Positions 11,014 through 22,170 of a stretch of 64,000 nucleotides of DNA are shown in pieces. Position 1 is the stretch's first letter, and the number at the start of each line of letters is the position of its first letter. The notes under the pieces were generated by a model. It was not told the DNA's origin, searched no databases, and saw only the letters and a program-made list of their open reading frames with translations. Source of the stretch: Microcoleus sp. (GTDB taxonomy: Bacteria; Cyanobacteriota; Cyanobacteriia; Cyanobacteriales; Microcoleaceae); contig CP181291.1 in the NCBI GenBank assembly GCA_052279835.1, forward strand, positions 5,120,001-5,184,000. Direction: 5' to 3'. The position numbers and the translations under genes were made by a program.

Positions 11014-11787
11014 ATGAACGGACACACAAATAATCATAGTAACGAATCGCAATCTCAGCGCCAGGAATACTTCAAAGACACAGCTTTGGGTTTGGTATCC
11101 ACCAAAAGTTTTCCGGCAATTGTTGGGACTGCTGATATGATGCTGAAGTCGGCTGGAGTGATTCTAGTAGGATATGAAAAAATCGGTTCAGGTCACTGTA
11201 CGGCGATCGTCCGGGGTAGAATTTCTGATGTTCGTTTGGCTGTAGAAGCCGGAGCACAGACAGCGGAACAGTTTGGTCAATTTGTTTCTAAATTAGTCAT
11301 TGCTAGACCTTTGGCTAATTTGGAGGTAGTTTTGCCCATCGGTTTTCGCCTGACTCAACTATCTGAAAGTGGCAGTTATTCTCGTCTGAGCAATCAAGCA
11401 GTTGGTTTGCTAGAAACACGAGGATTTCCAGCAATGGTAGGAGCTTGCGATGCTATGCTCAAATCCGCAGATGTACACTTAGCAGCTTATGAGAAAATTG
11501 GGGCTGGTTTGTGCACGGCAATTATTCGCGGTGCGGTAGCCGATGTGGCTGTGGCTGTCGAAGCGGGAATGTATGAAGCTGAACGCATTGGTGAGTTAAA
11601 TGCAGTGATGGTAATTCCGAGGCCTTTGGAAGATTTGGAACAAACTTTGCCTCTGGCTAGTTGTTGGATTGAGCAGCGTCAGCCTGTAATGATGCCGATC
11701 TCGGTTAAGCAAAAGGAACAAGAATTAATTCAACTTCCAGATTTGGAGAAGTTGACAGTTTCTGTGGAAGAGGAATTGAATAGGTAG
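11014..11787 (+). CDS. ccmO: Tandem-BMC shell protein CcmO
   Basis: Two BMC domains (ALGLVSTKSFPAIVG; AVGLLETRGFPAMVG); position after ccmN. Confidence 0.92.
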   Translation: MNGHTNNHSNESQSQRQEYFKDTALGLVSTKSFPAIVGTADMMLKSAGVILVGYEKIGSGHCTAIVRGRISDVRLAVEAGAQTAEQFGQFVSKLVIARPLANLEVVLPIGFRLTQLSESGSYSRLSNQAVGLLETRGFPAMVGACDAMLKSADVHLAAYEKIGAGLCTAIIRGAVADVAVAVEAGMYEAERIGELNAVMVIPRPLEDLEQTLPLASCWIEQRQPVMMPISVKQKEQELIQLPDLEKLTVSVEEELNR

Positions 11788-12281
11788 TTGGGTAATTGGT
11801 AATGGGTAATTGGTAATCGGGAATTGGTAATCGGGAATTGTTCATGGGGAATTGCCAATTTGACCATAAACTTGCGGAAAATACTTACAAAAGATTATCA
11901 ATTAATGTATCAAATTTCATTTTGGGAAGTGCGTACAATAATCAGACCCAGTTGCTGATTTAAGTTGAATTGGGCGATCGAGCCATAGTTATTCAAGAAT
12001 CAGACACAAAACAGCAACTCAAAGGAAATTTTTGAGTTGAACTTGGTATTGTAAATAATCGAACTTGGTAAGTCAGTTGAGCCTCGGTTACAGATCTCTC
12101 CAGAAGATCGAAAAGCTGTTAAAATCAACCTAAAATCCTGTTTTCGGTAGATAGCTTAGAATAATTTTCTGGGTAATCTGATCGCAGGTGGGAAAACAAG
12201 AAAAATTCAACGGTTGTCCAACTAAAAACTGAGTCTAAACGAATCAAATCCCAGAATCTAGCAATCTTGAAAGTTTGACCT

Positions 12282-13325
12282 ATGAACGTTAAGCAATTTT
12301 ACAAACGCGGTTTACAAAACGCCAAAAAAGGAAACTACTTCGAGGCGATCGACGAATTCGATCGCATACTGCAACTCAACCCAACCGATGCCAAAGCCTA
12401 TAACAATCGCGGCTTAGTCTACTATTACATGAAAGACTACCAAAAAGCAATAGCAGACCTGAGCCAAGCACTGGATCTCAATCCTAATTTATTCGAGGCA
12501 TACCTCAATCGAGGCAATGCTTGGCGACATCTTGGAGAACACGAAAAAGCTATTGACGACCTCAACTGCGCTCTAGAAAATAATCCTGACAGCCATGCTA
12601 TCTACAACAACCGCGGACTTGTACTTGCTAATTTAGGACATTACGAAGAAGCAATTCAAGACTACGATCGAGCTATATCCATCAATTCCCAAAATTATAA
12701 AACCTATTACAACCGGGGACGCGCTTACTACCTGTTGGGAAACAAGGAGGCCGCAACGGATAATTTTAACGAAACCCTACGCCGGAATCCTAAATATATC
12801 AAAGCCTACATAAATCGCGGTCTTTCTTATCACCAATTAGGAGATAATACTCAGGCGATCGCCGATTACAATACGGCACTGGGTATCGACCCCAAAAATG
12901 TCTATGCCTATTATAACCGAGGTTGCGTCCGCTACAAGCTAAAACAGATGAAACTTGCCATTGAAGACTTTGACAAAGCAGTAGAAATCGATCCAAACTA
13001 TGTCAAAGCATATCTCAACCGGGGTTTAGCTCTGTATAAACTGGGAGATATTACGACAGCAAACAAGGATTTTTATCATGTAATGTGCATTAATGCTGAA
13101 GCTTATTCATACTATCAAGCACAGCGTTGTACCCCAGATATTAATTCCTACTTCAAGGAAGCGCCACAAATGGAACTGAATAATGCTGTGGAATACTACA
13201 ACACAACATTAAACAATACAATGTCAACTTCATTCAGTTCCGCAGCCTTAAACTCAGTCTGGAATCAAGAAGATTTGGACAAAAGAGATTCTATTATCTG
13301 CGAAGGTGAATTTATGAATGAATGA
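12282..13325 (+). CDS. Tetratricopeptide repeat protein
   Basis: Repeated 34-aa AYxNRG..AIxD..A..P units. Confidence 0.9.
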   Translation: MNVKQFYKRGLQNAKKGNYFEAIDEFDRILQLNPTDAKAYNNRGLVYYYMKDYQKAIADLSQALDLNPNLFEAYLNRGNAWRHLGEHEKAIDDLNCALENNPDSHAIYNNRGLVLANLGHYEEAIQDYDRAISINSQNYKTYYNRGRAYYLLGNKEAATDNFNETLRRNPKYIKAYINRGLSYHQLGDNTQAIADYNTALGIDPKNVYAYYNRGCVRYKLKQMKLAIEDFDKAVEIDPNYVKAYLNRGLALYKLGDITTANKDFYHVMCINAEAYSYYQAQRCTPDINSYFKEAPQMELNNAVEYYNTTLNNTMSTSFSSAALNSVWNQEDLDKRDSIICEGEFMNE

Positions 13326-13498
13326 ATGATTGATTTAGTTATTAGTTATTGACGGTGCCGGCTCAGCTTAATCGAATGGTCTTATCGTTGACCGTTGTAT
13401 CCTAATGATTTAACCACAGAGAACACAGAGAACACAGAGAGATCGGAGAGAAATTAATAATTCCGATGAAGAGAGGAATTGATATCATTAGTTAATAG

Positions 13499-13532
13499 GT
13501 AGGTTGGGTCGAGATCGCGAAACCCAACCTAC
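13499..13532. repeat. REP-like palindrome
   Basis: GTAGGTTGGGT..ACCCAACCTAC with the GTAG end typical of REPs, between convergent genes. Confidence 0.7.
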
Positions 13533-13558
13533 TTTTAAATTCCTGACTACGAACCGAA

Positions 13559-14857
13559 CTAAATACTGCTCATTACTTCACGAGCAGCGGCCAAAGTGCG
13601 ATCGATATCTTCCTCGGTATGAGCCAAAGAAGTAAATCCAGCCTCAAACTGCGAAGGAGCTAGATAAATTCCGTGCTCCAACATTCCTCGGTGAAAGCGG
13701 CCGAACTTAGCCACATCAGACTTTTTCGCATCCTCGTAATTGTGAACCGGGCCCGCTGCAAAAAACAAACCAAACATCCCGCTAATTTGGCCACCACAAG
13801 CAGCGTGTCCCGTTTCTTTGGCAATTTGCAACAAACCGTTAGAAAGTTTTTTAGTAATTCTATCCAACTGTTCGTAAGTACCAGGTTTTTGCAACAATTC
13901 CAAAGTCTTAATCCCCGCCGTCATCGCTAAAGGATTTCCCGACAGCGTACCCGCTTGATACATCGGCCCTGCTGGAGCAACCATTGCCATAATATCGCGT
14001 CTGCCTCCGTAAGCTCCCACAGGCAAACCGCCACCGATAACTTTACCGAGAGTTGTCAAATCCGGGGTGACACCAAATTTTTCCTGAGCTCCACCGTAGG
14101 CGATGCGGAAACCGGTCATTACTTCATCAAATACTAGCAAAGCACCATTATCTTTAGTAATTTCCCGTAAACCTTCGAGAAAACCTGCATCTGGTACAAT
14201 AAATCCAGCATTACCCACCACAGGCTCCAGCATCACGCCTGCGATCTCGCCCGGATTTTCGGCAAATAAAGCCTTTACGGCTTCCAAGTCGTTGTAGGGA
14301 GCGTTGAGGGTGTTTGCGGTAACGGATTTCGGTACGCCGGGGGAGTCGGGAAGGCCGAGGGTGGCGACACCGGAACCCGCTTTTACTAAGAACATATCGG
14401 CGTGCCCGTGATAGCAGCCTTCAAATTTAATCAGTTTGTCGCGCCCGGTGAAGGCTCGCATGAGGCGCAAAACGGCCATGCAGGCTTCGGTGCCGGAATT
14501 GACAAATCTCACCATTTCAATGCTGGGAACGGCATCAATCACCATTTCAGCAAGCACATTTTCCAAGAGGGAAGGGGCCCCGAAACTGGTACCTTTTTCT
14601 AAGGATTCGTGAAGGGCTTTGATGACTTCGGGGTGGGCGTGGCCGCAGATGGCGGGGCCCCAAGTGCCTACATAGTCAATGTATTGGTTTTGATCGACAT
14701 CCCAAATGTAGGCTCCGTTGACGCGATCGAATACAATAGGTTGTCCGCCTACGGATTTGAAGGCCCTCACCGGGGAGCTGACGCCACCGGGCATCAATTT
14801 TTGGGCTGCGGCGAATATTTCTTCTGATTTGGTTGTTTTCAAGGTTGTGGAAACCAA
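13559..14857 (-). CDS. hemL: Glutamate-1-semialdehyde 2,1-aminomutase
   Basis: [43 protein letters not shown]. Confidence 0.97.
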   Translation of the reverse strand: MVSTTLKTTKSEEIFAAAQKLMPGGVSSPVRAFKSVGGQPIVFDRVNGAYIWDVDQNQYIDYVGTWGPAICGHAHPEVIKALHESLEKGTSFGAPSLLENVLAEMVIDAVPSIEMVRFVNSGTEACMAVLRLMRAFTGRDKLIKFEGCYHGHADMFLVKAGSGVATLGLPDSPGVPKSVTANTLNAPYNDLEAVKALFAENPGEIAGVMLEPVVGNAGFIVPDAGFLEGLREITKDNGALLVFDEVMTGFRIAYGGAQEKFGVTPDLTTLGKVIGGGLPVGAYGGRRDIMAMVAPAGPMYQAGTLSGNPLAMTAGIKTLELLQKPGTYEQLDRITKKLSNGLLQIAKETGHAACGGQISGMFGLFFAAGPVHNYEDAKKSDVAKFGRFHRGMLEHGIYLAPSQFEAGFTSLAHTEEDIDRTLAAAREVMSSI

Positions 14858-15214
14858 TGTTTTCTCCTTAGTTAACGTCTGTTGTTGGTAGGATAATTTT
14901 ATAGCCAGTTCAGCATAAAGGTGAGGTCAATGCCAGGAAACTATGCTTGTAGATTTTAGAGTACAAACCACGTTGTAGCAATACTAGCTTGGGTTTTTCA
15001 GCCTTAGTCCCACTACCACCGTGAAGCGAAGCTATCCCGTAGGGAATCTCCCTCAAGTGTAATAATTTGTAAAATAGTTCTTGACAATTTACCCATCGCT
15101 AGGTAAATCTCCTCTCTTCTCTAACTCTGCGTCCTCTGCGCTCTCTGCGGTTAATTTGAAAAAAAATATCGGAAAAGAAAGCGTAAATGTATATTAAATA
15201 GTTGAAATAAAATT

Positions 15215-15865
15215 ATGTCTGTTAGTGATTTGTCTAGTTTAAGCCGATCGATCCCAATTGAAAAGATCCGTTACGACGATCGAGGTTTAGTACCAGCCAT
15301 CGTCCAAGATTATTTAGACGGTACGGTGTTGATGATGGCATGGATGAATCGCGAGTCTCTGCAAAAAACCCTCGAAACCGGTCAAACTTGGTTCTGGAGT
15401 CGATCGCGTTCCGAATTGTGGCCAAAAGGCGCGACTTCGGGACACGTTCAAAATGTCAAAGGGCTGCGTTATGACTGCGATAGCGATGCGTTGTTAGTCA
15501 CAGTCGAACAAGTCGGAGATATTGCTTGTCACACCGGAGAAAGAAGTTGCTTTCACCAAGTGGATGGGCAAATTGTAGCGCCGCCTGGAGATATGCTTTC
15601 TCAATTATTTGCGGTAATTTGCGATCGGCGCGACAACCCCAACGAAACTTCTTATACTTGTAAATTGTTCGCGGGTGGCGACAATAAAATTCTCAAAAAA
15701 ATTGGGGAAGAATCGGCCGAAGTCGTGATGGCTTGCAAAGATGACGACAAAGATGGAATTGCTGGGGAAGTTGCGGATCTATTTTATCACGCTTTGGTGG
15801 CGATCGCTCACCATCAAGTAGATTTGAGAGATGTTTATCGCAAATTGGGCGATCGACGAAAATAA
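15215..15865 (+). CDS. hisIE: Bifunctional PR-AMP cyclohydrolase / PR-ATP pyrophosphatase
   Basis: [41 protein letters not shown]. Confidence 0.95.
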   Translation: MSVSDLSSLSRSIPIEKIRYDDRGLVPAIVQDYLDGTVLMMAWMNRESLQKTLETGQTWFWSRSRSELWPKGATSGHVQNVKGLRYDCDSDALLVTVEQVGDIACHTGERSCFHQVDGQIVAPPGDMLSQLFAVICDRRDNPNETSYTCKLFAGGDNKILKKIGEESAEVVMACKDDDKDGIAGEVADLFYHALVAIAHHQVDLRDVYRKLGDRRK

Positions 15866-15933
15866 GTTAATCGGATTGATTAAACCGCGAAGACACGAAG
15901 AGCGCGAAGGAAGAACCGGATCTTCTTCTTTTT

Positions 15934-16033
15934 AACTGGGAACCCATATATAGAGGCTCTGCCTCGGTTGGAAAGATAAAAATGGAGGCAGAGCCTCCCG
16001 ATCGGCATTACCAGGCTCCAGCCTGGTAACGAG
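15934..16033. repeat. Palindromic repeat of the GAGGCTCTGCCTC / CCAGGC..GCCTGG family
   Basis: GAGGCTCTGCCTC..GAGGCAGAGCCTC..CATTACCAGGCTCCAGCCTGGTAACGAG; related copy at ~30279-30399. Confidence 0.75.
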
Positions 16034-16085
16034 TAGAAGGACTCTTCGTCCTTACTACAAACAGATAATAGTATCGCGACTTTCC

Positions 16086-18209
16086 TTAGAAAGTAAAAGT
16101 AGTGCGGAGGACACCCACTCCTACCGTGTCATTATTCTTAGTTCCTTCAGGATTGAACAGCACAAAAGCTCCCGGTGTAATGCTGATATTATCGTTGACT
16201 TTGAAGCGATAATAAGCTTCTAAATGATAAGGAGTGGCTTTATTTTCCTGAAAACGAGCACCGCCACTTACCGAATCGCGATCGAGCGGCTGTCCAAACA
16301 GAATACCTGCATTATTGCCCTGTGCGAACAAATCTCGGAAATGGAAACCTACCATCCAACTGTTGAAAGTTGTAGAAGCATTACTTCTTTCAGCATCAGC
16401 AATTATCCAACCTCCATAGGTAGAAACAGCAACTTTCGGAGAAAGCCGCCAGGTTGCAGTACCGCCAAAGGAATTCATCGTGACACCACCGCCAACAGGT
16501 TGTCTATTTGCTCCCAAAATTGAACCCAAATCAGCATCACTTAATCCTGTAGCCAGAATATTCAATTGGTGGCGGCTGTGAGCGTAATTCAAACCAATGT
16601 CAATACTACTGGTAGGCTTAATAGTTAACTGTGCCGCAGCCACGGTACTGCCATTAAATAAACCCGCCCCTAACGGAGTCCCTGGAAAGCCTAAATCAGT
16701 TGGCAAAGCTGCATTTACACTGCCGTACAATGCTGTGAGATTGACTTTTTTGGAAACGTTCCAAATAAACCCGCCAGCCGATGCCAAACCGCTGCCAGAA
16801 GTGCCACCAGATACGCGGACAACAGGGTTATACCCTCCAAATCTAGAAATAGCTTCTTGCCCTTCTCCAGCAAAGGGAGTAATTGCTTGAAAAGCATCGG
16901 AAGTTTCTGCTTTCGGGCCGGCAAATAAAGTGATGTTCTTAGAAACTGGAAAGACGTAAAGCAGCTTGTAAAGTTCAATAGAATTGGCATTAATGCTCGA
17001 TAGAGTCTGAGGATTGATTCCGGGGAATTGCGGTTCAAAACTCAGTTTTGCTTGACTGTCAGACAAACCGCTAAATGCCCCTGTTGACAAACCTAAATTC
17101 GGGCCGAAGCTGGTAATGTTGTAAGCTTGCAAGCCCGTTATCAGCGTATCTTTCCCTGTAAAACTGGTCAGCAGATTCAAACGCACTCGGTAGTTTAAGA
17201 CTGTTTCAGTCTCCCTGTGATTGTTTTTGGTAGTATCAGCCACGCTAAAAATTGCTTCGCCGCTGAGTTTAGTTGTTGTCGAAAATTGATTGGCTTCTAG
17301 TTCGGAAGTACGAGCTTCTAACGCATCGACTCTACCGCGCAAAGTTGCTAATTCTGCTGCAAATTCTTCTTGCAATCTTTGCAGTTTTGTTAAATCTTCT
17401 TTGGTGGCTAAGTTGGTCGTACCTGCTTTAATTAGCTCGTTAACTTTATCCAAGCAAGCGTTTAAACCGGCGGCAAATTCGTAGCGAGTCATTGCCCGAT
17501 TTCCTCGGAATGTACCATCGGGATATCCCGCTATGCAGCCATATCTTTCTACAAGAGATTGCAGGGCTTGAAATGCCCAGTCTGTCGGGCGCACGTCGGA
17601 GAGTTGAGATACAGATGTTACTTGTTGCAGTTGGCTTGACTCTGAAGCTTCGTTCTTGGTTGCTGCGGGTTCTAAGGAACTGCTGTTTTCGATTTCCGCT
17701 AACTTTTGGGAAGTAGAAGTGTCTGTAGATGTTGGTGGGTTTTGGGCAGGAATAACAGATGTTTGGGCCGTAGATTCTGCTGGTGTCTGCGGGTTTTGGG
17801 CAGGAATCGCAGATATTTCTGCTGTAAGCGTTGCTGGTTCTGGGTTTGCTGGTTTTTCTGCTAAATTTAAGGAGTTTTCAGCCGGATTTTCTGCGGTAAA
17901 TGCTGCTGTTTGTGGGCGATCGCCTTTAGCGGTGTCTTGGGGGAGATTTGCGAGTTCGTTGGCTGTTGAGAGGGGATAGCCCCTGTTTTCAAATTCCAAC
18001 GCCTCGGCTGGTTTTAACTCACCTATTCCCGGACTTTTGACCTGATTTTCAACGCTTGTCAGACTTATTTCAGTTTCTAATGGTTTCAACTCTTCAGTAG
18101 CTAATGTCTCTTTCTCTGCAACTGGAGCCATCGCTGCTAATGGTAGAGTACCGACAAGTAAATACAGTAAACCTATGCCACCAGCCCTAAATAGTAGACG
18201 TGCTTTCAT
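16086..18209 (-). CDS. Outer-membrane porin (SLH domain + OprB-like barrel)
   Basis: VTSVSQLSDVRPTDWAFQALQSLVERYGCIAGYPDG SLH motif, NQFSTTTKL, C-terminal LRTTFTF. Confidence 0.92.
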   Translation of the reverse strand: MKARLLFRAGGIGLLYLLVGTLPLAAMAPVAEKETLATEELKPLETEISLTSVENQVKSPGIGELKPAEALEFENRGYPLSTANELANLPQDTAKGDRPQTAAFTAENPAENSLNLAEKPANPEPATLTAEISAIPAQNPQTPAESTAQTSVIPAQNPPTSTDTSTSQKLAEIENSSSLEPAATKNEASESSQLQQVTSVSQLSDVRPTDWAFQALQSLVERYGCIAGYPDGTFRGNRAMTRYEFAAGLNACLDKVNELIKAGTTNLATKEDLTKLQRLQEEFAAELATLRGRVDALEARTSELEANQFSTTTKLSGEAIFSVADTTKNNHRETETVLNYRVRLNLLTSFTGKDTLITGLQAYNITSFGPNLGLSTGAFSGLSDSQAKLSFEPQFPGINPQTLSSINANSIELYKLLYVFPVSKNITLFAGPKAETSDAFQAITPFAGEGQEAISRFGGYNPVVRVSGGTSGSGLASAGGFIWNVSKKVNLTALYGSVNAALPTDLGFPGTPLGAGLFNGSTVAAAQLTIKPTSSIDIGLNYAHSRHQLNILATGLSDADLGSILGANRQPVGGGVTMNSFGGTATWRLSPKVAVSTYGGWIIADAERSNASTTFNSWMVGFHFRDLFAQGNNAGILFGQPLDRDSVSGGARFQENKATPYHLEAYYRFKVNDNISITPGAFVLFNPEGTKNNDTVGVGVLRTTFTF

Positions 18210-18365
18210 TACAAATACTCACCAAATAAATTGTTAAATTGCTATTACGTTTTCCAAATTATAAATTTATTTGGTATTCACAAACACAGATGTTGAAATT
18301 AAAATTTTTTATAGGTTTCATAAGAATAAGCATAATTAAATATCGCAAAACAGGTAGTTAGGCAA

Positions 18366-19619
18366 CTACTTTGTTAACCGGCGATCGACAATCTGCAAAA
18401 TCAAGATAGCAACGCTGACACTCAAAGCCAAACCCAACCAAAAATTATTCGCTGCAAATTGTCCTCTATCCAAAGCCCAACCACCCAAAGGTGGCCCGAT
18501 TAAATAGCCGATCGCCCAACACTGAGAATTAATTGACAAATACACGCCCCGCAAAGACTCTGGGGCTAATTCCACCACCAAAGCAGAAGCAAAAGGAGTG
18601 TAAGCAACCGTTGCAACTGACAAGAAAAACAAGCCTAAAATAGCTAAAAACAGATTACCACTTGTAGCTATTCCCGTTAAGCCGATCGCGATAAATCCGA
18701 TACCCCACAGCAAAGCAGAAATCATCAAGGCTCGCGGACAAGAAAACCGTCTCAGCGCCCTAGCAATCGGCATTTGCAAGGTCACAGTCAAAAAAGTGCT
18801 AAAAGCAAACAAAATAGTAATTGTAGCCGTAGAAAAGCCCTTTTCCGATGCACCAATCGCCACAAAATTGCTAAAGTACAACGGCATCGTCGTTTGGATT
18901 TGGGAAATATACAATGTGAACAGAGTATTGACAACAGCATAAATTAGCAACGTGCGATCGCTCAACGCCACCATCCAGCCATTTTGCTGAAGTTTTTTAC
19001 CTATTTCCGGTGAAGTAGATGGTTTGTAGGTTTCCGAAATCGCCCCCCAAACTACCGCAAAAAATATCACAAACGAGATACCATCAATTATAAACAGCGA
19101 TCGATAATTCCCCGTTACCGCAATCAAAAAACCCCCTAAAATAATCCCCACCTGCAAACCCAAATTATCCGCCAGTCGCGTCAAAGCAAAAGCCTCTTGG
19201 CGATGTTCCCCATCAGCCAAATCCGCCACCATACTTTCGGTTGCAGGCCAATATAACCCAACACCAAAACCCATTAGTAAATTTGCCACAACTAAGCTGG
19301 GAAAATCCTTAGCAGCCGCCAACAAGAAAGAAGCCACAGCCGAAATAATTGCTGAAAGTAATAAAGTTCGTCGCCGTCCCATTTTTGGGGAATCAGAAAA
19401 AGAACCGCCCAAAATTCGACCAAATATCCCAGAAATAGAACCACTTCCCAAACCAATCCCCACCGCAGTAGCAGATAAACCGACTTGAGAGACAAAATAG
19501 ATGGGGGCGTAAAATAAGGTAAAACCAGTGCCACTTTGGGAGAGGAATCTGCCAAAAGCCAGAATCCATACTTGATGAGGTAGACGGGGAAACCAAGATG
19601 GTAATTTAGGCACTTTCAA
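18366..19619 (-). CDS. MFS transporter
   Basis: About 12 hydrophobic segments; GGSFSD..GRRR motif A. Confidence 0.88.
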   Translation of the reverse strand: MKVPKLPSWFPRLPHQVWILAFGRFLSQSGTGFTLFYAPIYFVSQVGLSATAVGIGLGSGSISGIFGRILGGSFSDSPKMGRRRTLLLSAIISAVASFLLAAAKDFPSLVVANLLMGFGVGLYWPATESMVADLADGEHRQEAFALTRLADNLGLQVGIILGGFLIAVTGNYRSLFIIDGISFVIFFAVVWGAISETYKPSTSPEIGKKLQQNGWMVALSDRTLLIYAVVNTLFTLYISQIQTTMPLYFSNFVAIGASEKGFSTATITILFAFSTFLTVTLQMPIARALRRFSCPRALMISALLWGIGFIAIGLTGIATSGNLFLAILGLFFLSVATVAYTPFASALVVELAPESLRGVYLSINSQCWAIGYLIGPPLGGWALDRGQFAANNFWLGLALSVSVAILILQIVDRRLTK

Positions 19620-19738
19620 TAAAAATTATTACTCAATTACACAAAAGTTAGCATTAAATTTAAAATACTTAACACCATTTGAGAAAAAAACTGGTTAAGC
19701 TCTAAAAAGAGGCCGAAAAAATTTTAGAGTATAAGTTT

Positions 19739-20242
19739 ATGACAGCTATTAGTACATCAAGAGTAGAATCAATCAAACCCCGCTGGCAAGCAATTGTGAT
19801 GGTGGCATTAATTTTCTGGCTAAGTGGGAGCCTGATTATTGATTTAGTAATCATGCCCAGCCTTTACGTTTCTGGAATGATGACCTCTCCCGAATTTGCC
19901 ACGGCCGGAAACTTAATGTTCTGGGGATTTAATCGCGTAGAGTTAATTTGTGCAGCTTTGGCGATGACTGGTTTGATGGTTTTGAGCAATTTATCCAGTG
20001 GCTTTGGCAAGCAAAGCCGCACAGCAATTATCTTATCTTTGGTACTTCTGGCGATCGCCCTGATAGACACCTACGCTCTGACACCACAAATGAGCGCCTT
20101 GGGAATGCAGCTAAATCTGTTCGATGTAGCCGAAGTCCCCACCGGGATGAATCTACTCCACAAAGGTTATTTCGCTTTGGAATCAGTCAAGCTGGCTGTC
20201 GGTGGCGCGCTGCTGAGTTGGTGCTATCAGCATCAAGCTTAA
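19739..20242 (+). CDS. Four-TM membrane protein (DUF4149-like)
   Basis: FNRVELICA, LTPQMSALG and hydrophobic pattern of a cyanobacterial family. Confidence 0.7.
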   Translation: MTAISTSRVESIKPRWQAIVMVALIFWLSGSLIIDLVIMPSLYVSGMMTSPEFATAGNLMFWGFNRVELICAALAMTGLMVLSNLSSGFGKQSRTAIILSLVLLAIALIDTYALTPQMSALGMQLNLFDVAEVPTGMNLLHKGYFALESVKLAVGGALLSWCYQHQA

Positions 20243-20270
20243 TCCACCAAAAACTTCAACTTTCTGATGT

Positions 20271-20320
20271 CAAAGTCCGCGCAGGCGGACTTTGTTTTTG
20301 TAGTAGCGATTTCAATCGCC
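20271..20320. repeat. Palindromic repeat / bidirectional terminator
   Basis: CAAAGTCCGC-GCAG-GCGGACTTTG between convergent genes. Confidence 0.6.
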
Positions 20321-20617
20321 TAGTCTCTCCGATGCTTCTGGTATCTCGGCTTTGGGCCACAGCAAACGCAAGCCCATCACCGCAAATCCGATCGCCGCCA
20401 TCCCCTTTACCCAGTTTGCCGGCAACACCTCGGCCGTACCTTGGCCCACCACAACACCGATAAAACTCGCCAACAACAGCGCCGATGCTGTGCCGAAAAA
20501 CACAGCCCGTGGCGATTCACAACTGCTACCAAGGGCGATCGCAGCTACCTGACTTTTGTCTCCCAATTCCGACAAAAACACAGTAATAAAACTAATTCCT
20601 AAAAGTTGCCAATCCAT
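20312..20617 (-). CDS. TMEM165/GDT1 (UPF0016) half-size Mn/Ca transporter
   Basis: ELGDKSQ motif, 3 TM segments. Confidence 0.88.
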   Translation of the reverse strand: MDWQLLGISFITVFLSELGDKSQVAAIALGSSCESPRAVFFGTASALLLASFIGVVVGQGTAEVLPANWVKGMAAIGFAVMGLRLLWPKAEIPEASERLGD

Positions 20618-20653
20618 GTATTTTCACTAAATCTAGTTTCCGATCGCAGACAA

Positions 20654-21127
20654 TTAACTAATCACTTCCCACAGCAAGATAGCCGAAATCCCTAGCAAAA
20701 TACCTCCGGCTAATCTCTCCAAAGTTCTTGGATCGATCCGACTTGCTAGCCATCTGCCCAGCAACACACCCAACAAACTCGTTGCTACCAAAGCTGAACC
20801 AGCACCGGCAAAAACAATCCAAGGATTGTGAGATTCAGCAGTCATTAACAAAACAGCAATTTGGGTTTTGTCTCCAATTTCTGCCAAAAAAATAGTTACA
20901 AAAGTAGAAGCAAAAATTGCCCAGTGCTTCTGAGTCAGTCCCTTTGGTTCTGGACATAAATCAGAAGTTGAACTCATGGAACAATCCACAGGTTCGGGAG
21001 TGAGTTTGAGAGCAATCTCAGGATTGCTTGTCAGTTTGATTTCTAACTGTGGCGACAAATCGGCATTGGGAGTTGCTGACTCAGAAGCAGACACATTTGG
21101 CGGGACAGAATCAAGTTTCACGGGCAA
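20654..21127 (-). CDS. TMEM165/GDT1 (UPF0016) half-size Mn/Ca transporter
   Basis: EIGDKTQ motif; pairs with the downstream half-gene. Confidence 0.88.
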   Translation of the reverse strand: MPVKLDSVPPNVSASESATPNADLSPQLEIKLTSNPEIALKLTPEPVDCSMSSTSDLCPEPKGLTQKHWAIFASTFVTIFLAEIGDKTQIAVLLMTAESHNPWIVFAGAGSALVATSLLGVLLGRWLASRIDPRTLERLAGGILLGISAILLWEVIS

Positions 21128-21252
21128 TATTGCTAAAGGTTATTTATTACTTAATTTTGAAGTTAACTTTGACTGCCTGCTTTTTAACAAAGCAGGGTCA
21201 TCTTTTTTTTACAGACTTCAGAAACTAATTTCTGAACTAACTTACTTCCTGG

Positions 21253-21903
21253 CTAAGTGCCGTAAGTTCGATCGCCCGCATCGCCCAACCCAGGTACAAT
21301 AAAGCCCTGCTCGTTGACTATTTCGTCGATCGTCGCCGTGTAGATATTCAAAGTCGGATACTCAGCACTCAGCTTATGCAAAGCCGGAGGAGCAGCCACC
21401 ACAGAAATAATCCGAATCAAGCTCGGATCAACTCCCCGTGAAATCAATTCCTGCATCGTCGCCATAATCGTCCCACCCGTAGCCAGCATCGGCTCGCTAA
21501 TAATCACCCGCGTTTGGGGGTTAAACTGCGCCGGCAACTTGTTTAAATAACAACTTGCTTCCAGTGTCTCCTCATTCCTTACCATACCGAGGTGGTACAC
21601 CGAAGCCAGCGGCACTACCGTCTGAATTCCTTCCAGCAGTGACAGCCCCGCCCGCAAAATCGGCACCACGCATAAGGGAGCTTGCGGATTGATAAACGTC
21701 GCCGGACATTCGCCCAAAGGTGTCTGTACCGTCGTTTCCACTGTCGGCAACCAATCTCGAATTGCTTCGTAGGCTAGCCATCTACCCAATTCTGTCATTG
21801 CAGAACGAAAAAGTACCGATGGGGTGCCACAGTCGCGGGCGACTGCTAGCCAGTGCTTAATTAATGGATGCGGAGGAACGTAAACGCGGAGTTGCAGGGA
21901 CAT
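21253..21903 (-). CDS. upp: Uracil phosphoribosyltransferase
   Basis: HPLIKH, VPILRAG, PMLATGG, IVPGLGDAGDR. Confidence 0.95.
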   Translation of the reverse strand: MSLQLRVYVPPHPLIKHWLAVARDCGTPSVLFRSAMTELGRWLAYEAIRDWLPTVETTVQTPLGECPATFINPQAPLCVVPILRAGLSLLEGIQTVVPLASVYHLGMVRNEETLEASCYLNKLPAQFNPQTRVIISEPMLATGGTIMATMQELISRGVDPSLIRIISVVAAPPALHKLSAEYPTLNIYTATIDEIVNEQGFIVPGLGDAGDRTYGT

Positions 21904-22040
21904 TGGAAAATTTGGGGGATTTTGAAGTTTTTTGCGGTGCGGTCGATCGCGCGATCGCTTGCTCCGTCAACTTATCATACCCCTGAAGTGTATACAAGCC
22001 GTCCCTTAGAGCCCGTGAAACACTCAATTTTTCTCAACTT

Positions 22041-22092
22041 ATTGAACATTTTTATCAAGAGTATTGACATAGTTTAGCAATAAGGCTATATT
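22041..22092 (+). promoter_or_regulatory. IsaR1 promoter with upstream Fur-like box
   Basis: TTGACA (22064-69) - 17 nt - TATATT (22087-92); AT-rich inverted repeat TTGAACATTTTTATCAA just upstream of the -35. Confidence 0.65.
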
Positions 22093-22098
22093 GATTTT

Positions 22099-22169
22099 CA
22101 GTGTTCTCCTCTCAAAGGATATGCAGACGGGGGCAGTCGGCAATGGTAGACTGTTCCCGCATTTTTTTT
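22099..22169 (+). ncRNA. isaR1: Iron-stress activated sRNA IsaR1
   Basis: 5' CAGTGTTCTCCTCTCAAAGGAT seed recognised from IsaR1; terminator GGGGCAGTC..GACTGTTCC + T-run; upp/crtH neighbourhood. Confidence 0.8.
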
Positions 22170-22170
22170 G

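Noticed and set aside
20312..21127. Two half-size TMEM165 genes as a split pseudogene
   Set aside because: Paired half-size UPF0016 genes are an established cyanobacterial arrangement, and each has its own ExGDK(S/T)Q motif.
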